Below the pieces are notes generated by a model. The model was not told where the DNA came from, did no database searches, and was given only the letters and a program-made list of their open reading frames with translations. A stretch of 4,840 nt of DNA from the IMG/VR virus record IMGVR_UViG_2695420658_000004. One strand, 5' to 3'. The stretch is from a virus. Its lineage: Duplodnaviria > Heunggongvirae > Uroviricota > Caudoviricetes. Position 1 is the stretch's first letter. Each line of letters starts with the position of its first letter. The position numbers and the translations under genes are program-made. Below, in pieces: positions 1 to 4,840 of the stretch.

Positions 1-11
1 TCAACTGATCC

Positions 12-1168
12 TTAACTGATCGGCATTACACCACCGGGACGCGGATTCATATCTTCCAGGTCGCGGCAGTCATTGGAAGAGTAAATTCCCCAGTTGATCC
101 CGGTGGCGTAGGCTTCAAAACGGGACTTCATATCCCCGCGCAGTAACGCCCCGGCGTTAAATTTGGCGTAATAAACGCCCTGCTTACTTTTTCGTACCAG
201 TCCGGTGTTGATCCGCTGTTCGATGCGGGTCAGATACGGCACCAGTGAATAGTTGATAAATCCCAGCCCCAGCTCTTCGATATTGTTGAAGGTGGCGCGA
301 TCGGTGTTCTGCACCATGTGCAACGGCACCCGGAACAGACGACAGATTTCTTCCAGCTGAAACTTGCGGGTTTCCAGGAACTGACTGTCCTCGGCGTTCA
401 GCGCCATCGACTTCCAGTCCAGCCCCATTTCCAGAATCATCGGGCGGTGAGCATTGCCAAGCCCCGTGTGACACTCCTCAAAATCTTTCTTCAGACGCTC
501 GTAAGCATCCGGCGTGAGCTTTTGTTCCGTACGCAACACACCGGATGTCACCGCACCATTACTAAACAACCTGGCACCGTGCTCCTCGGTTGCCGCTGCC
601 AGTGAAATGGCCTCACGCGCATACGCAATGGGATTCAGCCCGACAAGTCCATCCAGCGTCAGGGTGCGCACATGCCAGATTTCATTCTGGGTCAACACAT
701 CCACGGAACCATCCGGAAACGTCACCTGATAAACCGGCTGCCACTGGCTGTTCAGCTTCGGTTCCACACAGCCCGGATCTATCGGAAGAAGCTCCACCAC
801 TTCTCCCAGTGCCTTTACCTTGTAGGCGTAAAAATTCCCCCGTAGACACAGGCAGACAATAACCAGCTCCCAGAATTCCTGCGGTGTCATGTAGCCATTA
901 GGTTTTGCCGAAACCAACTTATGCAGTCGTTCATCCACCGCCCGTGTTTTCAGGGTACCGCTGATTTTGTAGAGACTGCAGGGCAGCATACCAACAGACT
1001 CTGCCAGCACCCTGACGCAAGAATAGACCGCCGTCAGGCGCATGGCCCGCTGGCTACTGATCCGCTTTCCGGTATAGGTGTCGTATGACAGCCCGATAGC
1101 ATCAGCAGTTCTGCTGGCGTGGTCACCGGCACATCGCTTTTTCGTTGAAATAATCCCGAAAAGAACAC
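12..1168 (-). CDS. Phage portal protein, HK97 family; N-terminus apparently disrupted by a 1-nt frameshift near 1092-1094
   Basis: The 415-aa minus-strand ORF (12..1259) has the conserved portal N-terminal motif (RLTAVYSCVRVLAESVGMLPCSLYK) and sits directly downstream of the large terminase, the expected gene order. The nominal start at 1259 is a TTG with no RBS and overlaps the upstream small ORF by about 90 nt. A much better start is the GTG at 1168-1166, which has a GGAGGT RBS 5 nt upstream (1179-1174) and overlaps the upstream stop (TAGTG). That frame reads [26 protein letters not shown], then diverges from the body frame at a GGG run (plus-strand CCC 1092-1094) and stops at 1036-1034. 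Alternative start: ATG at 1043-1041, giving 343 aa with no clear RBS. Confidence 0.8.
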
Positions 1169-1350
1169 TATTTACCTCCGCCGACAGACTGCCGTGTACG
1201 GTCGAGATATCGCGCCACCAGCCACGACCAGAACAGGCACAGCGCCCCGGCAACAACAAAACCCGCCGGGGGATAAATCAGCCAGGCACCATACGCCAGC
1301 AAAAGCGCACCCAGCACGCCCACCAGAGGCGCGAGAATCAGCATGATCAT
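1168..1350 (-). CDS. Small hypothetical membrane protein (60 aa, two predicted transmembrane helices) between large terminase and portal
   Basis: ATG at 1350-1348 preceded by GAGGT (1359-1355) with a 4-nt spacer, 11 nt after the terL stop (TAA 1364-1362). The product [60 protein letters not shown] has two hydrophobic stretches separated by a YPPAG turn and a basic C-terminal tail. Its TAG stop (1170-1168) overlaps the candidate portal GTG start. The position recalls the 60-aa ymfR ORF between the terminase and portal remnants of E. coli prophage e14, but this is recollection of gene order only, not sequence. Confidence 0.5.
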   Translation of the reverse strand: MIMLILAPLVGVLGALLLAYGAWLIYPPAGFVVAGALCLFWSWLVARYLDRTRQSVGGGK

Positions 1351-1361
1351 AATTACCTCAG

Positions 1362-3095
1362 TTAAAGCGAGCGGATCCCGTAGGACTCAATGTGGTCAGA
1401 CAGCGTGTCTTCTTTCTCGTACAGCATGGCTCTGCCAACCGCCATAATCAGCGCAACTGCACCATCGATTTTGTTTTCCGCCTGCTCTTTGACGGGTTTC
1501 ACCACATCATCGTTACCCGGCATGTTTTTGCCGACCACGTTGCCGATACACCAGGTCATGATGGGATTGCCGTCATGATGAAAACGTCCCGATTCAATCG
1601 CTGCTTCCAGCTCTTTCATCGGATCGGACATATTGGTGAAGTTCTGGACGATAGTGACGGGATTCAGGTCTTCATCAGCAAGGTCATGTGACAACCCGGT
1701 CGCCCCGAAGGGGTCGATGGGTGACTCACTGACCGGGCTGATTTTGTTCGCCGCTTTGGCCTCCTCGAGGATGTAGCGATAATCCACCTCCGCACCATCG
1801 GTAACGGTCAGAACGCCCATTTCCACCCATTTCTGAAAGCGTTCGGCTGTCCGTCGATCTTCATTTTTCTCGACGCTGTACACCGTGTCATACGGTACCC
1901 AGAAACGCGGGGCCACACTGTAGTAATGCGTTTTACCGTCAATCTCGCGGGTATAAAGTCGCGCCATGCTGTTCATATCCAGCTTACGCGCCAGGTCAAA
2001 GGCCAGAATGCACGGCTGCCCCTCGAACTGCTCAAGGGTCAGTGATTTATCCTCGCAGCTCTGCCAGCTCACCAAGTTGAAATACGCCGAACGCGCCGAC
2101 ACCCAGATATTGAGGTGTTTTGTTTTAAAGACGTTTGCCAGACGGGCGTTATTTTTCGCACGCTGCTGCTGACTTAACAAAAATTCGCGATAAACCGACA
2201 CGCCAATATTTGGATTGGCTTTTTCCAGCACCTGCGGGCCGGTCCAGTCGTCACCTTCATCAACGGTATAGATGATCCCGAACAGTTCATCGTTAGGCAC
2301 CGAGCCGTTGAGCATCTCGATGACTTCCCGCCGCTTGTCGTAGCACGGCCCCTCAATGTTGTACCCGGCGGTGGTGATGGCCCACATCAGTGGCTGACGT
2401 CGCGCCCCCATCCCGGTAAGCATTGTGGTATAAAGCGCATCGGTGGCATGCTCGTGATATTCATCAACCACGGCACAGTGGGGTGATGAACCATCACCTG
2501 GGTTGCCGATCAGCGGTTCAAACCGCGCGCCATCCTCCGGACGGTTCATGTTTGAGGCGTTAACCTCAATCCCGAACGCTTCCGTCAGCATGGGTGTGCG
2601 TTTACACATCAGTCGCGCCGGGCGAAAGACTTCCCACGCCTGTTTCTCTGTCGTGGCACCGGAATACACTTCCGCGCCAAACTCGTTATCACAGGCAAAA
2701 CAATACAGGGCAACACCGGCAGAGATTGCTGATTTGCCGTTCTTACGGGGGATTTCGGTGTACACCTCCCGGAAGCGGCGCAACCGGGTGCCTTTATTGA
2801 CCCAGCCAAACGCACAGCAGATCACAAATAGCTGCCACGGCTCCAGCGTGATGGGCATCCGTTTGAATGCCCACTCCCCCTTGGTGTGCGGCAACAGCTG
2901 AATAAATTTCGCGGCCCGTTCAGCCAGGTCCTTGTCGAAGCGGTAACGAAACGACTTACTTTTTTCCGCCATCAGGTCATCAAGATGGCGCTGGCAGGCC
3001 TGAATCACAAACTGGCAGGCAACAATCTTTCCGCGCACGACATCCCGGGCATACTGATTTGCAGCATTTACGTTGGGGTAAGATTTCCGGCTCAT
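1362..3095 (-). CDS. Phage terminase large subunit (577 aa), ATPase plus nuclease
   Basis: Long uninterrupted ORF. A P-loop-like motif (EIPRKNGKS) and a Walker-B-like motif ([10 protein letters not shown]) lie in the N-terminal half, and acidic residues typical of the RNaseH-like terminase nuclease fold ([11 protein letters not shown]) in the C-terminal half. The ATG at 3095-3093 overlaps the terS stop (ATGA, 3095-3092). Flanked by terS upstream and portal downstream. Confidence 0.93.
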   Translation of the reverse strand: MSRKSYPNVNAANQYARDVVRGKIVACQFVIQACQRHLDDLMAEKSKSFRYRFDKDLAERAAKFIQLLPHTKGEWAFKRMPITLEPWQLFVICCAFGWVNKGTRLRRFREVYTEIPRKNGKSAISAGVALYCFACDNEFGAEVYSGATTEKQAWEVFRPARLMCKRTPMLTEAFGIEVNASNMNRPEDGARFEPLIGNPGDGSSPHCAVVDEYHEHATDALYTTMLTGMGARRQPLMWAITTAGYNIEGPCYDKRREVIEMLNGSVPNDELFGIIYTVDEGDDWTGPQVLEKANPNIGVSVYREFLLSQQQRAKNNARLANVFKTKHLNIWVSARSAYFNLVSWQSCEDKSLTLEQFEGQPCILAFDLARKLDMNSMARLYTREIDGKTHYYSVAPRFWVPYDTVYSVEKNEDRRTAERFQKWVEMGVLTVTDGAEVDYRYILEEAKAANKISPVSESPIDPFGATGLSHDLADEDLNPVTIVQNFTNMSDPMKELEAAIESGRFHHDGNPIMTWCIGNVVGKNMPGNDDVVKPVKEQAENKIDGAVALIMAVGRAMLYEKEDTLSDHIESYGIRSL

Positions 3096-3439
3096 GATTC
3101 GATAATTTTCAGAAACGGGTTAGTGGCTTTCTTCTGCCCCGCCAGGCCAATCAGACGCTGGCGGCTGCTGGGGTCGAGTCCGAGCATTGCCCCCGTGCTG
3201 CTCATCTCGGACTCCTGTTCTTTTTTGGCGGTCAGCTCCGGATTTTTGACCCTGCCGCCCATTGCACCGGTGATGGTGTTGCCCTGTATGGCAATATTTT
3301 TCACGGCACGTCGCCAGAACTCATAGGCCACGCACCNNNNNNNNNNNNNNNNNNNNNNNNNNNNNNNNNNNNNNNNNNNNNNNNNNNNNNNNNNNNNNNN
3401 NNNNNNNNNNNNNNNNGTTCTTTGGTTGTCAGTTGCCAC
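3092..3439 (-). CDS. Phage terminase small subunit, P27 family; 5' end uncertain because of masking
   Basis: The C-terminal 80 aa read cleanly from 3334 to 3092 ([80 protein letters not shown]) and resemble P27-type small terminases (the [10 protein letters not shown] motif). The stop overlaps the terL start. The track start at 3439 is a GTG with no obvious RBS, and the intervening 3337-3416 is N. The true start could be that GTG (115 aa), or could lie further upstream in the masked block if the N-run length is not exact. Confidence 0.7.
   Translation of the reverse strand: MATDNQRXXXXXXXXXXXXXXXXXXXXXXXXXXXXCVAYEFWRRAVKNIAIQGNTITGAMGGRVKNPELTAKKEQESEMSSTGAMLGLDPSSRQRLIGLAGQKKATNPFLKIIES
3337..3416. 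other. Masked/unknown sequence (80 N)
   Basis: Run of n characters in the supplied sequence; lies inside or just upstream of the small terminase gene. Confidence 1.
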
Positions 3440-3480
3440 ATGATCGTGGCGAGAGGGAGATCTTCTTCAGCGAACCACTC

Positions 3481-3756
3481 NNNNNNNNNNNNNNNNNNNN
3501 NNNNNNNNNNNNNNNNNNNNNNNNNNNNNNNNNNNNNNNNNNNNNNNNNNNNNNNNNNNNNNNNNNNNNNNNNNNNNNNNNNNNNNNNNNNNNNNNNNNN
3601 NNNNNNNNNNNNNNNNNNNNNNNNNNNNNNNNNNNNNNNNNNNNNNNNNNNNNNNNNNNNNNNNNNNNNNNNNNNNNNNNNNNNNNNNNNNNNNNNNNNN
3701 NNNNNNNNNNNNNNNNNNNNNNNNNNNNNNNNNNNNNNNNNNNNNNNNNNNNNNNN
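3481..3756. other. Masked/unknown sequence (276 N); expected to contain the HNH 3' end and the cos region
   Basis: Run of n characters. The flanking genes (HNH above, terS below) imply by analogy with HK97 that the cohesive-end site lies here, but this cannot be seen. Confidence 1.
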
Positions 3757-4064
3757 CAGCACAGACTCTGCAGGTTGCTGTCTGCGTCTGTTCCGCCATG
3801 CGCTTTCGGGATGATGTGGTCGACGGTTTTCGCCTCGCTCACCACACCGACACGCAGACACAACTGACACAGACCTTTATCGCGCTTCAGAATACGGGCA
3901 CGAATCACCGTCCATTTTGAGCCATAGCCACGCTGGTGGCGGCTCAGTCCGCGCTGGTGCTGCACCCAGCCTTCACCGCGATGTTTATCGCAGTAACCCG
4001 AACTGTCTGTGGTTGTACCTGCACATCCACGCTTACGGCAGGCACGTGGGATTAGTGATGGCAT
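3757..4064 (-). CDS. HNH endonuclease, phage terminase-associated type; 3' end masked
   Basis: ATG at 4064-4062 with GAGGT 4 nt upstream. The visible 102 aa carry an N-terminal Cys/His-rich segment (CRKRGCAGTTTDSSGYCDKH) and the HNH core (CQLCL...DHIIPKAHGGTDADSNLQSLC). The ORF runs into the N block at 3756; the track's 211-aa length is an artefact of stop-free N's, and the real protein is probably around 120 aa. Position immediately upstream of terS matches the HK97 gp74 arrangement. Confidence 0.88.
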
Positions 4065-4106
4065 AAATACCTCATACCCTGCGAAATGTTTACCACGATA
4101 AAAAGG

Positions 4107-4556
4107 CTACTTAATGCACTGAGTGCGGATATACTCCTGTGCCCCTTCCAGTTGCATCTGCATCGTCATCAGCCGCTCTCTGAGGGTGAAATAATCCCGT
4201 TCAGCGGTGTCTGCCAGTCGGGGGCTGGTTGCATTATCCACGCCGGAGGCGGTGGTGGCTTCACGCACTGACTGACAGACTGCTTTGATGTGCAACCGAC
4301 GACGACCAGCGGCAACATCAGCGCGCAGAGTTTCATTTTCAGCTTTCGCATCAGCTAACTCCTTCGTGTATTTAGCATCGAGTGCATNCTGCTGCATGTC
4401 AGTAATGGTTGCGTTCGCCAGCTTCAGTTCTCTTGCGTTTTTGTCGCGCTGCTCTTTGTAGGTAATGGCGTTATCACGGTAATGATTAACAGCCCATGAC
4501 AGGCAGACGATGATGCAGATAACCAGAGCGGAGATAATCGCGGTGACTCTGCTCAT
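4107..4556 (-). CDS. Rz: Rz i-spanin (inner-membrane spanin subunit), lambda Rz-like
   Basis: Starting at the ATG 4556-4554 the product reads [47 protein letters not shown]..., an N-terminal transmembrane helix followed by a charged coiled-coil-like periplasmic domain; near-identical, from memory, to lambda Rz. The ATG overlaps the lysozyme stop (ATGA). The track's GTG at 4568 is probably not the real start. One ambiguous base (n) at 4388. Confidence 0.93.
4169..4351 (-). CDS. Rz1: Rz1 o-spanin (outer-membrane lipoprotein spanin subunit), embedded in Rz in an alternate frame
   Basis: 60-aa ORF wholly inside Rz in a different frame: [60 protein letters not shown]. It has a signal peptide with a lipobox (LVVVGC), a proline-rich stretch and the length and architecture of lambda Rz1. 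Confidence 0.9.
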   Translation of the reverse strand: MRKLKMKLCALMLPLVVVGCTSKQSVSQCVKPPPPPAWIMQPAPDWQTPLNGIISPSESG

Positions 4557-4840
4557 TGCTGCCCCCACAAACAGACTTCACGCTCAATCTCACGACGGGT
4601 CATCAGCCCTTTCCATTGCTTACCGCCAGCATATGTCCAGCGACGTAGCTGGTCACATGCGCCTTTGATATCGCCCTGGTTTATTTTGCGAAGAAGCGTC
4701 GATGTTCTGAAATTGCCAGCGCCCACGTTGTAAACGAACGAGTAAAGAGCGCCGCGCGTTGTTTCCGGTATATCGACTTTGATGTACGGGTTAATTTGTC
4801 TGGCGACAGTGGCAAGGTCTTTATTCAGGAGGGCTTTGCA
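4553..4840 (-). CDS. Phage lysozyme/endolysin, C-terminal 95 codons (5' end beyond window)
   Basis: Hand translation of the minus strand from 4840 gives an open frame [95 protein letters not shown], ending at TGA 4555-4553. It resembles the C-terminal half of phage-21 / DLP12 RrrD-type lysozymes (T4-lysozyme-like fold), from recollection. Absent from the ORF track because the start lies outside the window. Confidence 0.88.

Noticed and set aside
3-21. Tandem 8-nt direct repeat AACTGATC (3-10 and 14-21) around the portal stop codon
   Set aside because: Too short to distinguish from chance and sits at the window edge; no hairpin or terminator-like structure is apparent.
184-862. Plus-strand and alternate-frame ORFs inside the portal gene (184..474 minus; 318..605, 514..729 and 590..862 plus)
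   Set aside because: They are antisense or out of frame to a well-supported portal CDS, have no RBS, and give low-complexity Arg/Pro/Ser/His-rich products typical of spurious frames in GC-moderate coding DNA.
1168-1259. Portal start at TTG 1259, as given by the ORF track (415 aa)
   Set aside because: It is a TTG with no RBS, overlaps the upstream RBS-supported small ORF by about 90 nt, and the first 55 residues it would encode ([17 protein letters not shown]…) do not look like a portal N-terminus; it is simply the farthest upstream alternative start in an open frame.
1078-3326. Plus-strand ORFs overlapping the terminase genes (1078..1365, 1390..1578, 1392..1691, 1966..2172, 2503..2901, 2594..2800, 2886..3326) and minus-strand alternate-frame ORFs (2174..2356, 2609..2815)
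   Set aside because: All lie within the 577-aa terminase large subunit or the terS/terL junction on the opposite strand or in another frame, with no start signals or recognisable domains; judged to be shadow ORFs.
3301-4064. Long ORFs spanning the N blocks (3301..3870, 3422..3814, 3433..3867, 3467..3799, and the 211-aa version of 3429..4064)
   Set aside because: They are open only because runs of N contain no stop codons; nearly all of their length is X. Only the HNH 5' part (3757..4064) and the terS 3' part have real sequence support.
4065-4106. Possible terminator or promoter in the 42-nt Rz-HNH intergenic spacer
   Set aside because: No GC-rich inverted repeat followed by a T-run and no convincing -35/-10 pair on the minus strand; the spacer seems to carry only the HNH RBS (GAGGT).
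4086-4271. Plus-strand 61-aa ORF antisense to Rz/Rz1
   Set aside because: It overlaps two strongly supported, lambda-like genes on the other strand and has no RBS; shadow ORF.
4557-4568. Rz start at GTG 4568 (MGAAMSRV…)
   Set aside because: The ATG at 4556 gives the canonical MSRVTAI… N-terminus and overlaps the lysozyme stop; the upstream GTG would lie inside the lysozyme coding sequence.

Overview
This window is the lysis-to-head junction of an HK97-like (cos-type) tailed prophage or phage from an enterobacterial host. Every convincing gene is on the minus strand, and the genes are tightly packed with overlapping stop/start codons. In transcription order (high to low coordinate) they are: the 3' part of a phage-21-type lysozyme, a lambda-type Rz/Rz1 spanin pair with Rz1 embedded in Rz, an HNH endonuclease, a P27-family small terminase, a large terminase, a 60-aa two-helix membrane ORF of unknown function, and an HK97-family portal. 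Two N-masked blocks (3337-3416 and 3481-3756) hide the 3' end of the HNH gene, the expected cos region and possibly the 5' end of the small terminase. Most of this is well-known phage biology. The points worth a second look are the small membrane ORF wedged between terminase and portal, an apparent 1-nt frameshift in the portal N-terminus, and the masked HNH/cos/terS junction. Identifications rest on reading the supplied translations and on recalled family features; no database search was possible.
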